The notes under the pieces: generated by a model
Told to the model about the DNA's origin: nothing
Database searches by the model: none
The model's input: the letters and a program-made list of their open reading frames with translations, nothing else
Shown: positions 19,342 to 30,629 of the stretch, piece by piece
Layout of the letters: every line of letters begins with the position of its first letter
Numbering within the stretch: position 1 is the stretch's first letter
DNA from: an uncultured Spirochaetales bacterium
GTDB lineage: Bacteria > Myxococcota_A > UBA9160 > SMWR01
Assembly: GCA_964653555.1 (NCBI GenBank)
Contig: CAZZFT010000003.1
Location: 13,642 to 77,641, forward strand
Length of the DNA: 64,000 bases
Reading direction: 5' to 3'
Made by a program: the position numbers and the translations under genes

Positions 19342-19731
19342 ATGGCGAAGGACGCATTCGACGTCGCAACCCGTTTCTTCGGAGCGATCGAGGCCGGAGA
19401 CGTGGACGAGGTGAGGGACGTGTACGCACCGGACGTGGTGATCTGGCACAACACCGACGACATCGAGAAGACCCGCGAGGAGAACCTGGCGACGCTGACC
19501 TGGGCGATCGAGAACGTCGAGGGCCTGCGCTACGAGAACGTGCGCCGCTATCGCATCGACGGCGGCTTCGTGCAGCAGCACACCTGCCGCGGCCGCCATC
19601 GCAAGAACGGCAAGGAGATGATCCTGCCCGCGGTGGTCGTGTGTCAGGTGAAGAACGGCCACATCACCCGCCTCGACGAGTACTTCGACTCCACCCAGGC
19701 GCCCGAAGGTGTGCCGGCCGTGGAACGGTGA
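19342..19731 (+). CDS. NTF2/SnoaL-like (ketosteroid isomerase-like fold) protein
   Basis: YAPDVVIWHN, GFVQQH and ITRLDEYFDS motifs; AGGAGG RBS. Confidence 0.87.
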   Translation: MAKDAFDVATRFFGAIEAGDVDEVRDVYAPDVVIWHNTDDIEKTREENLATLTWAIENVEGLRYENVRRYRIDGGFVQQHTCRGRHRKNGKEMILPAVVVCQVKNGHITRLDEYFDSTQAPEGVPAVER

Positions 19732-20336
19732 GCGCGCCGATGGACGCAATCGAGGCGATGGGAACCTGCCGGGCGATCCGACACCTGCGGCCCGACCCGG
19801 TTCCCGACGAGCTGCTCCACAAGGTGCTGCAGGCGGCGATCTGCGCTCCCAGCCCCGGCAACAGCCAGGGCTGGGACTTCGTGGTGGTGCGCGACGCGTC
19901 GACGCGGCGCCGCATCGGCGACGCGGTCCGGGCGGCGATGGCGCCGGTGCTCGCGTCGATGCCCGAGGGCGACGACCCCTCGCGCAACCGGACGCTGCGC
20001 GGGCTCCGCTATCTGGTGGACCACCTGGGCGACGCACCGGTGCTGATCTTCGTCTGCGGCATCCCGATCTATCCCGCTGCCAACCCGCAGGAGGAGTACG
20101 TCTGGTCGACGCTCTACCCGGCGGCCCAGAACCTGGTGGTCGCGGCGCGATCGCTCGGCCTGGGCACCGTCTTCTCCCATCTCCACCGCCCGGCCGAGGC
20201 GGCGGTGCGGGAGATCCTGGAGCTGCCCGCCGAGGCGCGGATCGCGGTGACCATCCCGCTCGGCTGGCCCGACCGGCCCTTCGGACCGGTCAAGCGCGAG
20301 CCGCTGGAGAAGTCCCTGCACTGGGATCGCTGGTAG
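19728..20336 (+). CDS. Nitroreductase family protein
   Basis: RAIRHL, APSPGNSQGWDFVVV and AAQNLVVAARSLGLG motifs. GTGA overlap with the previous gene. Confidence 0.9.
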   Translation: MSAPMDAIEAMGTCRAIRHLRPDPVPDELLHKVLQAAICAPSPGNSQGWDFVVVRDASTRRRIGDAVRAAMAPVLASMPEGDDPSRNRTLRGLRYLVDHLGDAPVLIFVCGIPIYPAANPQEEYVWSTLYPAAQNLVVAARSLGLGTVFSHLHRPAEAAVREILELPAEARIAVTIPLGWPDRPFGPVKREPLEKSLHWDRW

Positions 20337-20682
20337 CCGTCTTCCCCGCACAGTCCGTCACGCGCTCGTCGACCAGGAACATGACCATCCGTTCCCGGTC
20401 GATGAAGCGCTCCTCGTCCTCGCCGATCTCGCGGCCCGCCTCCGATTGGAGGTAGGCCACGGCGGCGTCGAACTGCTCGCGCGTGTCCCACCAGAACTCG
20501 GTCACGCAGTCGAAGGGGAGCTCGCCGGCGCTCCCCTCCGGCAGCACGTGGTTGCGCACGTTGCCGCGCAGGCCGGGGAAGTGGGAGAGCACCAGGGGCA
20601 CGTGCACCTGCTCGTAGTGCCGGAGGAAGTCCTCCCGGGAGAGATCTCGCCGGCGGGGTACCAGCAGCATCCCCTTGACCAT
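20290..20682 (-). CDS. EthD-like domain protein
   Basis: LSREDFLRHYEQVHVPL, FDCVTEFWW and DEERFID motifs. The 3' end overlaps the nitroreductase. Confidence 0.8.
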   Translation of the reverse strand: MVKGMLLVPRRRDLSREDFLRHYEQVHVPLVLSHFPGLRGNVRNHVLPEGSAGELPFDCVTEFWWDTREQFDAAVAYLQSEAGREIGEDEERFIDRERMVMFLVDERVTDCAGKTATSDPSAGTSPAARA

Positions 20683-20689
20683 CGCTCTA

Positions 20690-20758
20690 CCTCCTAGCCC
20701 GGCACGGCTCGCCTTCGGCTCGCTGCGCGTCGGCGGACTCTCGAGTCCGCCTCCTAGC
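20690..20758. repeat. Short intergenic repeat element, copy A
   Basis: 36-bp core 32/36 identical to 42043-42078. Bounded by the direct repeat CCTCCTAGC and ends in a hairpin. Confidence 0.65.
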
Positions 20759-21626
20759 GCGAGGTCCGGTACTTCATCCCCGACGCCTCGCGGCCGCCGT
20801 GGGCGGCGTCGCGCATCTCGAGCGCCTGCTTCAGGCCGTGCTCGCGCGCCGTGGCGAAGAACGACTTGTCGAAGTCCGAGCCGTGTCCCAGCGAGCCGTA
20901 GATCCAGCCGATCTGGCGCAGCACCCGGGCGCCGAGAACGTTCATCACCATGTTGATGGCGGCCTTGTTGGCGGCCACGTTCTGCGGTGGCATCGCGGCG
21001 ATCTCCTCGGCACAGCGCCGCACCTCGTCGAGGAGCTGCGCCGCGGGCACCACCCGGTTCACCAGCCCGTAGCGCTCCGCCTCCTCGGCGGTCAGCGCCT
21101 TGCCCAGCAGCTGCCATTCCTTGGTCTTCTTCTCGCCGATCATCAGCGGGATCAGCGGGTTGATGCCGGCCCCTCCGGCGCGCATCTGCTCGAAGCTCAG
21201 GATCGTGCCCTCGGCGGCGAAGACCAGATCCGCGCCCAGCGCGGTGTGCACCGCCTGGGGACCGAGGAAGCCGTGAACGGCGGCGATGATCGGCTTCGAG
21301 ATTTCGCGCAGCACGAACTCGGGGGGCTCCTCCCGCGTGCGCTTGAGCGGGCGCATCACGAAGCTCCCCGACAGATAGTCCTCGGCGACCTCGTAGAGGT
21401 CGTGCCCGGCGCTGAAGCAGGGTCCGTTCCCCCGCAGGACGATCACGCGGACGCTGTCGTCCTCCTCGGCGTCCTGGAAGGCGCCCTGGATGTCCCGGTG
21501 CATCTGCCAGTTGATCGCGTTGCGCCGATCGGGTCGGTCGAGCGCGATCCACAGGACCGGGCCCTCCTGCGACAGCTCCAGGGTCTCGTAGCCGCCCTTC
21601 GCGCCCGCTCCGTTGCTCGCGCCCAT
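20754..21626 (-). CDS. Enoyl-CoA hydratase/isomerase family protein (atypical)
   Basis: DRPDRRNA, FSAGHDL and AEEAERYGLVNRVVP motifs; non-canonical oxyanion segment. Confidence 0.85.
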   Translation of the reverse strand: MGASNGAGAKGGYETLELSQEGPVLWIALDRPDRRNAINWQMHRDIQGAFQDAEEDDSVRVIVLRGNGPCFSAGHDLYEVAEDYLSGSFVMRPLKRTREEPPEFVLREISKPIIAAVHGFLGPQAVHTALGADLVFAAEGTILSFEQMRAGGAGINPLIPLMIGEKKTKEWQLLGKALTAEEAERYGLVNRVVPAAQLLDEVRRCAEEIAAMPPQNVAANKAAINMVMNVLGARVLRQIGWIYGSLGHGSDFDKSFFATAREHGLKQALEMRDAAHGGREASGMKYRTSR

Positions 21627-21728
21627 CGCCGCACCTCCTCCCTCGGGACCCCCGAGGCCAGCACCGCCCTGTGTCGCACCGGAATTCGGACCCGGCTCGC
21701 AGATCCCCCGTCGCCGGGCGGCGAATTG

Positions 21729-21744
21729 CTGATAGAATACTCAC
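21729..21744 (+). promoter_or_regulatory. Conserved 16-bp operator copy (CTGATAGAATACTCAC)
   Basis: In the divergent crotonase/amidohydrolase region; contains TAGAAT. Confidence 0.78.
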
Positions 21745-21781
21745 CTCGCCGGGCCCGAACCAGCGAAAACGGAGGCGCGCG

Positions 21782-22966
21782 ATGCAGACGATCGAGACCC
21801 CGACCTCTCTCGCGGACGTCCGCGTCGTCGACACGGACACCCACGTCGTGGAGCCTCCGGACCTGTGGGTGTCGCGGGTGCCGAAGCGCTGGGCCGAGCG
21901 GGTGCCCCACGTGGCACGGCATCCCCAGACCGGCAACCACCACTGGCGGATCGGCGACCACTGGCTGATGGCGGTCGGCTTCTACGCCGCGGCCGGCTGG
22001 AAGGAGTTCCCGCCCCACTCCCCCGCCGAGCTCGAGGACGTGGATCCCGGCACCTGGAAGGCTGCCGAGCGGCTCGAGCGGATGGACGAGTACGGCATCT
22101 GGGCGCAGGTGCTGTACCCGAACCTGATCGGCTTCGAGGCGCCGCTGTTCATGCAGCTCGACCCCGAGATCTCGCTCGCCTGTACCCGCGCCTACAACGA
22201 CTTCATCAGCGAGTTCGCGAGCGCGGATCCGAAGCGGCTGATCCCGATCACGATGCTGCCCTTCTGGGACCTCGAAGCCTCGGTGGCCGAGATGGAGCGC
22301 TGCCGGGCGATGGGCCACCGGGGCGTCCTGTTCGCCAACCGCTACGAGATGATCGGGCTGCCCCCCTTCTACCACCGCCACTGGGACCCGATCCTCGCCG
22401 CGGCCCAGGATCTCGACCTCTCCCTGAACTTCCACGTCGGCTTCTCCTCGGCGATGGACGGCGCGGCGAGCGGCATGAGCGAGCGGCTGGCGCACTTCGA
22501 CCCGCGCAGCGCGGCGAAGGCCACCAGCCTGGGCCTGCTCGGCAACGCCGAGACGATCGCGACCGTGGTGACCTGCGGAGTGTGCGACCGCTTCCCGCGC
22601 CTCAAGTTCGTCTCCGTCGAGAGCGGCTTCGGCTACATCCCCTATCTGATGGAATCGCTCGACTGGCACTGGAAGGGCTACGGCGCCCACCTCGAGTCGC
22701 CAATGCTGCCGAGCGAGTACTTCCGAAGACAGGTCTACGGCTGCTTCTGGTTCGAGCGCCAGTCGATTCCCCTGCTCGCCGAGTATCCCGACAACTTCAT
22801 GTTCGAGACCGACTACCCGCACCCGACCAGCCTCGCGCCAGGGCCCTGCTCCCCGGCCGAGCTGCCGCGGGACCACATCGCGGGCGCCTTCGAAAGCGTG
22901 CCCCTCGACGTGGCATGGAAGGCACTGCACGGCAACGCAGCGCGCGTCTACCACCTCGCCGACTGA
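21782..22966 (+). CDS. Amidohydrolase family 2 protein
   Basis: DTDTHVVEP, RAYNDF, SVESG and FETDYPH motifs; GGAGG RBS. Confidence 0.9.
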   Translation: MQTIETPTSLADVRVVDTDTHVVEPPDLWVSRVPKRWAERVPHVARHPQTGNHHWRIGDHWLMAVGFYAAAGWKEFPPHSPAELEDVDPGTWKAAERLERMDEYGIWAQVLYPNLIGFEAPLFMQLDPEISLACTRAYNDFISEFASADPKRLIPITMLPFWDLEASVAEMERCRAMGHRGVLFANRYEMIGLPPFYHRHWDPILAAAQDLDLSLNFHVGFSSAMDGAASGMSERLAHFDPRSAAKATSLGLLGNAETIATVVTCGVCDRFPRLKFVSVESGFGYIPYLMESLDWHWKGYGAHLESPMLPSEYFRRQVYGCFWFERQSIPLLAEYPDNFMFETDYPHPTSLAPGPCSPAELPRDHIAGAFESVPLDVAWKALHGNAARVYHLAD

Positions 22967-22984
22967 GGCGGAAGGGGGGGAACG

Positions 22985-23398
22985 ATGGCCGACTTCATCG
23001 CGATCCAGCAGCTGCTCTCCCGCTACTGCTGGGCCCACGACTCGCGCGACCTCGAGCTGCTGGGCGCGTGCTTCGCGAAGGACGCGACTGCCCTGGGACA
23101 GCGCGGCCGCGACGCGATCGTGGCCCGCTATGCCGAGGGCTATCAGCAGCTCACGGCCCAGCGCCGCCACATCCTGACCAACTTCTTCTTCGTCGAAGAG
23201 GGCGAGCAGGAAGCGGTCATCCAGTCCTACATCACGCTCTACCTGATTCGCGACGAGAAGATCTCGCTGCACCTCACCGGCGTGTACCGCGACCGGGTCG
23301 TGCTCGAGGAGGGGCAGTGGCGGATCCAGAGCCGCGACGCGACGATCGACGTGCCCTACGACCCGGGCGACACGCCCAAGGCGCCCGCCTCCCGCTGA
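22985..23398 (+). CDS. NTF2/SnoaL-like protein
   Basis: RYCWAHD, RRHILTN and GVYRD...WRI motifs. Confidence 0.85.
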   Translation: MADFIAIQQLLSRYCWAHDSRDLELLGACFAKDATALGQRGRDAIVARYAEGYQQLTAQRRHILTNFFFVEEGEQEAVIQSYITLYLIRDEKISLHLTGVYRDRVVLEEGQWRIQSRDATIDVPYDPGDTPKAPASR

Positions 23399-23434
23399 GC
23401 GACCCGGGAAGGGCCAGGCCCCTCCCGACGGGCC

Positions 23435-24598
23435 TCAGTCGCGCAGCAGCTCCTGGGCGATGATCAGCTTCCGCACCTCGGTGGTGCCCGCGCCGATCTC
23501 GAGCAGCTTGATCGCGCGGTAGAGCCGGTTGATCTCGGTCTCCCAGATGTAGCCGTTCCCGCCGTGGATCTGCACCGCGTGGTCGAGGACGCGGTTCATC
23601 GAGTCGGCGGCGTAGAGCACGGAGGCGGCGGAGAGTGAGTGCGCCCAGCCCCGCCCGCCCTCTCCGTGGGGCAGATCGTTCAGCGACTCGAGGCAGTGGT
23701 AGTTGTAGGCGCGCAGCGTCTCGACGAGCACGTACATCTCGGCGAGGCGCGACTGGATCATCTGGAAGCTCGCGATCGGCTGACCGAACTGCCGACGGCT
23801 GCGCGCATAGGCCACGGAGAGTTCGAGCGCGCGCTCGACCACGCCGAGGCACAGGGGCGCGATCATCGCGCGCTCGAGATCGAGGCCGCTCATCAGACAG
23901 CGCACGCCCTCGTTCTCGCCGCCCAGGCGGTTGGCGGCGGGGACGCGACAGCCGTCGAAGGTGAGCTCCGCCGTCTGCGAGCCGCGGAAGCCCATCTTCT
24001 CCAGCTTCTGGGTGACAGCGATGCCGGGCGAAGCCATGTCGACGACGAAGGCGGAGATGCCCCGCGCCCCGGCCTCGACGTTCGTCTTCGCGTAGAGGAG
24101 CGCCAGGTCGGCGATCGGGCCGTTGGTGATGTAGAGCTTGCGGCCGTCGATCACGTAGTCGTCACCGTCGCGCCGCGCCGTCGTGGCCATGCTGCCGAGG
24201 GCGTCCGAGCCGGCTCCGGGCTCGGTGAGCGCCAGGCATCCGATCCGCGAGCCGTCGCAGAGACCGGGCAGGAAGCGCTCGCGCTGCGCGTCGTCGGCGT
24301 TGCGCAGGATGTTGTTCAGGCACAGGTTCTCGTGGGCGACCCAGGAGAGCGCGAAGGCGTGGTTCCAGCGGGCGAAGCCCTGGAGGACCAGTCCGCTCGC
24401 GAACAGGTCGAGCCCCGCCCCACCCAGGTCGGGCGGCGCCGTGACGCCCAGGTAGCCCTCCTTGCCGAGAGCGCGGAAGGCCTCGTCCGGCCACCACTCC
24501 TCGTCGTCCATGCGGCGGGCCAGCGGGGCGAGACGCTCGCGCCCGAAGCGGTCGGCGGCGTCCAGGATCTGCAGGCGCTCCGGGGTCAAGCCGCTCAT
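23435..24598 (-). CDS. Acyl-CoA dehydrogenase (isovaleryl-CoA dehydrogenase-like)
   Basis: LALTEPGAGSD, KLYITNGP, QIHGGNGY and EIGAGTTE motifs. Confidence 0.9.
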   Translation of the reverse strand: MSGLTPERLQILDAADRFGRERLAPLARRMDDEEWWPDEAFRALGKEGYLGVTAPPDLGGAGLDLFASGLVLQGFARWNHAFALSWVAHENLCLNNILRNADDAQRERFLPGLCDGSRIGCLALTEPGAGSDALGSMATTARRDGDDYVIDGRKLYITNGPIADLALLYAKTNVEAGARGISAFVVDMASPGIAVTQKLEKMGFRGSQTAELTFDGCRVPAANRLGGENEGVRCLMSGLDLERAMIAPLCLGVVERALELSVAYARSRRQFGQPIASFQMIQSRLAEMYVLVETLRAYNYHCLESLNDLPHGEGGRGWAHSLSAASVLYAADSMNRVLDHAVQIHGGNGYIWETEINRLYRAIKLLEIGAGTTEVRKLIIAQELLRD

Positions 24599-24621
24599 TC
24601 CAGGTCGCCCTCCGCGAGCGA

Positions 24622-24724
24622 TGAGTCTTCCTCAGAGATTTGCTGAGGACCCGAGGCCCAAACGCGGGCTCTCTGGGGCTATTGATAGCACTTGCGGGGG
24701 CGAGGACGAAATGAGGTAGACTCA
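24622..24724. promoter_or_regulatory. Pair of TGAG-N5-CTCA palindromic boxes (candidate TetR operator)
   Basis: TGAGTCTTCCTCA (24622-24634) and TGAGGTAGACTCA (24712-24724) are 12/13 identical as an inverted pair. Each sits next to one of the divergent start codons. Confidence 0.65.
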
Positions 24725-24729
24725 AAATC

Positions 24730-25515
24730 ATGGCGAACTCCGAGTCCGTCCGCGGTGAGATCCGCGGTGCCGCCCAGTGGATCACGATCGACCGGCCCGA
24801 GGAGCGCAATGCCTTCGACGACACCGTCCTGCGCGGCATCGCCCACCACCTGCGCGCCGCCCAGGCTGACGAGTCGGTGCGGGCCGTCGTGCTCACCGGC
24901 GCCGGCGACCGCGCCTTCTGCGCGGGGGGAGACCTGAAGTCGGGCGGAGGCGGTCCGTTCCAGGTGGATCCCTCCCGTCCGCGCAATGCCGTCGTCGAGC
25001 TGTTCCGGGAGTTCGAGCGCTGCGAGCTGCCCACGATCGCGCGCGTCAACGGTCATGCGCTGGCCGGCGGGCTGGGACTGGTGTGCGCGTGCGACCTGGC
25101 GGTCGCGAGCTCGAACGCCACCCTGGGCGTGCCCGAGACCGGCGTCGGCCTGTTCCCGATGATGATCCTGCCCTACCTCCAGCGCACGCTGCCGCGCCGG
25201 AAGCTGCTGGAGTGGTGCATCACGGGCGTGCGCTGGACGGCGGAAGAGGCCCTGGAGGCCCAGCTGCTGAACTACGTCGTGCCGCCGGAGGAGCTCGACG
25301 CGAAGGTGGAGTGGCTGCTGTCGCGCATCGTGGACAAGTCGCCCACCGCGATCCGCCTGGGCAAGATGGGATTCCACGCGCTCCAGGACATGTCGCTGCC
25401 CGAGGCCCTCGAGTACGCCCAGCTGATGCTGCCGATGATGGGCCAGACCGAGGACGCGCGGGAGGGATTCGCGGCCTTCCGAGCCCGACGGCCTCCGCGC
25501 TGGACGGGACGTTAG
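24730..25515 (+). CDS. Enoyl-CoA hydratase (AtuE/LiuC-like)
   Basis: AFCAGGDL, ALAGGLGL and PETGVGL motifs; gene context. Confidence 0.88.
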   Translation: MANSESVRGEIRGAAQWITIDRPEERNAFDDTVLRGIAHHLRAAQADESVRAVVLTGAGDRAFCAGGDLKSGGGGPFQVDPSRPRNAVVELFREFERCELPTIARVNGHALAGGLGLVCACDLAVASSNATLGVPETGVGLFPMMILPYLQRTLPRRKLLEWCITGVRWTAEEALEAQLLNYVVPPEELDAKVEWLLSRIVDKSPTAIRLGKMGFHALQDMSLPEALEYAQLMLPMMGQTEDAREGFAAFRARRPPRWTGR

Positions 25516-26186
25516 GTGGCCGAGCGGGAGCGCCGCAGCACGCGGCGCTCGGAGCGGGAACGCGAGATCCTCGAGGCTGCGCGCGCGGTGTTCGCAGAGC
25601 GGGGCTACGCCCAGGGCTCGGTCGCCGAGATCGCCGAGCGGGTCGGCGTCGTCGAGGGGACGATCTACACCTATTTCGCCACGAAGCGCGAGCTCCTGCT
25701 CCGGGTGGTGGCCGATTTCTACGAGAACCTGATTCGCGAGGTGGAGTCGGGACTCCGCTCGATCCGCGGCGCGGAGAACCGGCTGCGCTTCCTGATCGCG
25801 CGCCACCTCCAGGTGTTCGTGCAGGACCTGGGCATCTGCCGGGTGTTGCTCTCCGAGATCCGCCCCGACCCCAACCTCTACGGGGACGCCGTGCGCGAGC
25901 TCAACCGGCGCTACACCGCCCTCGCCCTCGAGGTGATCGAGCAGGGCATCCGCTCCGGCGAGCTGCGCCGCGACGTCGCGCCGACGGTGCTGCGCGACCT
26001 GATCTACGGGGGCATCGAGCACGCCCTGTGGCGCTTCGTCCACGGAGGCAAGCGGATCGAGATCGAGACGCTCGGGGAGCAGCTCGGCGACGCGCTGCTG
26101 CGCGGCGCCCTCCACGCGGAGGACGACACGGCGGAGCGGCTCGAGCGCGCCCTGTCGGCGCTCGAGCGCCGCGCCGGGGCGCCCTC

Positions 26187-26190
<4 letters not shown>
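25516..26190 (+). CDS. TetR family transcriptional regulator
   Basis: ILEAARAVFAERGY...IAERVGVVEGTIYTYFATK helix-turn-helix. Confidence 0.92.
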
Positions 26191-27665
<1,475 letters not shown>

Positions 27666-27667
27666 CA

Positions 27668-28186
27668 ATGGAACCCCTGTTCGAGGTGGGCGGCCGGACG
27701 TTGCGCGTGGTCCCGATCCTCCGCGGGAGCGGCTTCGACCTCGAGATCGACGGGCGCCCGGCGGAGGCCGCTCTGGCGCCGCTCGCGCCCGGGGAGTTCG
27801 AGCTCCGCTGCGACGGAGGTGTGGAGCGCGTCTTCCTGGCCCAGGAAGGCGACCGCGTGTTCGTACACCTGCGCGGGCGCGCGCTCGAGGTGACCGTCGT
27901 CGACCCGCTCGAGCGGGCGCGGCAGCAGACGCGCGCGCGCCTCGGCGCGGGCGAGATCTTCGCGCCGATGCCCGGGGTCGTGGTGGAGGTGCTCGCGGCG
28001 ATCGGCGACGCGGTCCGCCCGGGTGACACGCTGCTCGTGATCGAGAGCATGAAGCTCCAGACGGCGATCCCGGCTGAGCGCGAGGGGCGCGTCGCGGCGC
28101 TGCCCGTCGCGCTGGGGGCGAGCTTCCGGCGCGGCGACGTGCTCGCCCGGATCGAGAGCGCTCCCGCGGAGGCCCTGCCCGCATGA
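27668..28186 (+). CDS. Biotin carboxyl carrier protein (BT + biotinyl domain)
   Basis: APMPG and ESMKL biotinylation motif; own GGAGGA RBS. Confidence 0.9.
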   Translation: MEPLFEVGGRTLRVVPILRGSGFDLEIDGRPAEAALAPLAPGEFELRCDGGVERVFLAQEGDRVFVHLRGRALEVTVVDPLERARQQTRARLGAGEIFAPMPGVVVEVLAAIGDAVRPGDTLLVIESMKLQTAIPAEREGRVAALPVALGASFRRGDVLARIESAPAEALPA

Positions 28187-29790
28187 GGCGCATCGAGAGC
28201 CGGATCGACGTGCGCTCACCCGCCTTCCGGCGCTACGCGGCGGCCGCCCGGGAGCGGGTCGCGGATTTCCGCGAGCGCCAGCGCGCCGCTCGCTACGACC
28301 GCCCGGAGCGGGACCTCCGCCGGCTCGAGCGGCTCGGCAAGCTCCCGGTGCGCGAGCGGATCGAGAAGCTGCTCGACCCCGGCACGCCCTTCCTCGAGCT
28401 GTCCTCCCTCGCCGCCTGCACCGAGTACGAGGGGGAGGCGAAGTCGGCGAGCGTGGTGGTGGGGCTGGGCGTCGTGGCGGGCCGGGAGGTCGTGGTTCGC
28501 GCCGACGATCCCAGCGTGAAGGGAGGCGCCTGGTATCCGCTCACGGTGAAGAAGATCGTGCGCAGCCTGGACGTGGCGATCGAGAACCGCCTGCCGATGG
28601 TCCACATGTGCGACAGCGCCGGAGGCTTCCTGCCCCTCCAGGCCGATCTCTTCCCCGACCGCTACGCCGCGGGCCGCATCTTCCGCAACCAGTCGATCCT
28701 GTCGAAGCTCGACGTGCCCCAGCTCTCCCTGGTGTTCGGGCACTGCACCGCCGGCGGTGCCTACATCCCCTCCCTCTCGGACTACTCGGTGATCGTGCGC
28801 GGCAACGGCGGCATCTTCCTCGGCGGTCCGCCGCTCGTGAAGGCGGCCACCGGCGAGATCGTCGACGCCGACGCGCTCGGCGGCGCCGACGTCCACACGC
28901 GCGTGAGCGGCGTCGCCGACTACTCCGCCGACTCGGAGGAGGAGGCGATCGCGCTCGGGCGCGAGATCGTCGCCCAGTGGACGCGGCCCGAGAAGGCGCG
29001 CATCGAGACGCGCGAGCCCGAGGACCCCCACTACGACCCCGAAGAGCTCCACGGAATCGTGCCGGACGACATCAAGGTCCAGTTCGACATGCGCGAGGTG
29101 ATCGCGCGCATCGTGGACGGCAGCTGGTTCCACGAGTACCAGCCCGACTACGGAACGACGCTGGTGTGCGGCTACGCGTGGATCTGGGGCATGAAGGTCG
29201 GCCTCCTCGCCAACAACGGCGTGCTGTTCAACGACAGCTCGCTCAAGGGCGCCCACTTCATGGAGCTGTGCAACCAGAACCGCACGCCCCTCGTCTTCCT
29301 CCAGAACATCACCGGCTTCATGGTCGGGAGCGAGGCGGAGTCGCGCGGCATCTGCAAGGACGGCGCCAAGATGATCATGGTGCAGTCGTGCAGCGAGGTG
29401 CCGAAGCTGACGGTGATGGTCAACGGCTCCTTCGGAGCCGGCAACTACGGGATGTGCGGGCGCGCCTTCGACGGCCGCTTCCTGTTCGCGTGGCCGAACC
29501 ACCAGATCGGCGTGATGGGCGCCGAGCAGGCCGCCAACACCCTGGCGGAGGTGAAGATCCGCCAGCTCGAACGGGAGGGACGCACGCTGGGAGAGCCCGA
29601 GATCGAGGCGATCCGCGCTCCCATCCTCGAATCGTACCGCCGCGAGCTCTCGGCCTACTACTCGACCTCCCACCTCTGGGACGATGGGATCCTCGACCCG
29701 GTCGACACGCGCAACGCCCTGGGCATCGCCCTGTCGGCCGCGCTGAACGCCCCGATCGGGACGCCCCGCTACGGAGTGCTGCGCCTGTGA
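28183..29790 (+). CDS. Acyl-CoA carboxylase carboxyltransferase subunit (AtuC/LiuB-like)
   Basis: RERIEKLLDPG, CTAGGAY, GPPLVKAATGE and GAGNYGMCGR motifs. Confidence 0.92.
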   Translation: MRRIESRIDVRSPAFRRYAAAARERVADFRERQRAARYDRPERDLRRLERLGKLPVRERIEKLLDPGTPFLELSSLAACTEYEGEAKSASVVVGLGVVAGREVVVRADDPSVKGGAWYPLTVKKIVRSLDVAIENRLPMVHMCDSAGGFLPLQADLFPDRYAAGRIFRNQSILSKLDVPQLSLVFGHCTAGGAYIPSLSDYSVIVRGNGGIFLGGPPLVKAATGEIVDADALGGADVHTRVSGVADYSADSEEEAIALGREIVAQWTRPEKARIETREPEDPHYDPEELHGIVPDDIKVQFDMREVIARIVDGSWFHEYQPDYGTTLVCGYAWIWGMKVGLLANNGVLFNDSSLKGAHFMELCNQNRTPLVFLQNITGFMVGSEAESRGICKDGAKMIMVQSCSEVPKLTVMVNGSFGAGNYGMCGRAFDGRFLFAWPNHQIGVMGAEQAANTLAEVKIRQLEREGRTLGEPEIEAIRAPILESYRRELSAYYSTSHLWDDGILDPVDTRNALGIALSAALNAPIGTPRYGVLRL

Positions 29791-30629
29791 GGCCCCGGCG
29801 CGACCAGGTGCTCTCGCGTCCGAGCGTGTTCCGCCCCGAGCTCCTGCGCGGACGCGCCGCCCTGGTGAGTGGAGGGGGCACCGGGATCGGCCAGGGCATC
29901 GCGCTCCTGCTCGCCGAGCTCGGCGCCGACGTGGTGGTGTGTGGCCGGCGAGAGCAGCCCCTCGCCGAGACGTGCGAGCTGCTCGCCGCGACCGGGGTGC
30001 GCTGCCTGGCGATTTCCACCGACATCCGGGAGCCCGAGCAGGTGGACGCGCTGTTCGCGCGGGCGACGGACGAGCTCGGCGTGCTGGACCTGGTGGTCAA
30101 CAACGCCGGCGGCCAGTTCCCGCAGCACGCGATCGACGTCTCCGACAAGGGCTGGCGGGCCGTCGTCGACACCAACCTGAACGGGACCTGGACGATGATG
30201 CAGCGTGCGGCCCGCCACTGGCGCGCGGCCGAGCGACCCGGCGTGATCGTGAACATCGTGGCCCCCTACCTCCGCGGGATGTACGGCCTGGTCCACACCG
30301 TCGCGGCGCGGGCGGCCGTGGTGCACGCCTCGCGCAACGTGGCGGTCGAGTGGGCGCCGCACGGCATCCGCGTCAACTGCGTGCTGCCCGGCGGCATCGC
30401 GACGCGCGGACTGGAGACCTACGCCCCCGAGGTCCGGGAGCGGATGCGCGACGCCCACCCACTGCGCACGCTCGGCGAGATCCAGGACGTCGCCGAGGCC
30501 GTCGTGTACCTGGCCGCTCCGTCGGGACGCTTCGTCACCGGCGAGGTGTTGGTCCTCGACGGCGGGCTCCAGCTCCACGGCGAGCTTTGGCAGGCCGGCC
30601 GCCCCGAAGGCTGGGAGGAGGCGCCGTGA
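29787..30629 (+). CDS. SDR, AtuB/trans-2-enoyl-CoA reductase-like
   Basis: GGGTGIG, NNAGGQF and HTVAARAAV motifs. The start is uncertain (29787 or 29808). Confidence 0.82.
   Translation: MRPRRDQVLSRPSVFRPELLRGRAALVSGGGTGIGQGIALLLAELGADVVVCGRREQPLAETCELLAATGVRCLAISTDIREPEQVDALFARATDELGVLDLVVNNAGGQFPQHAIDVSDKGWRAVVDTNLNGTWTMMQRAARHWRAAERPGVIVNIVAPYLRGMYGLVHTVAARAAVVHASRNVAVEWAPHGIRVNCVLPGGIATRGLETYAPEVRERMRDAHPLRTLGEIQDVAEAVVYLAAPSGRFVTGEVLVLDGGLQLHGELWQAGRPEGWEEAP

Noticed and set aside
23405-23427. Hairpin between convergent genes as an intrinsic terminator
   Set aside because: The stem is imperfect and there is no U-tract on either strand, so support is insufficient.
24682-24697. TTGATAGCACTTGCGG as a tenth copy of the 16-bp operator
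   Set aside because: Only the left half matches and the TCAG half is absent, so it is not counted.
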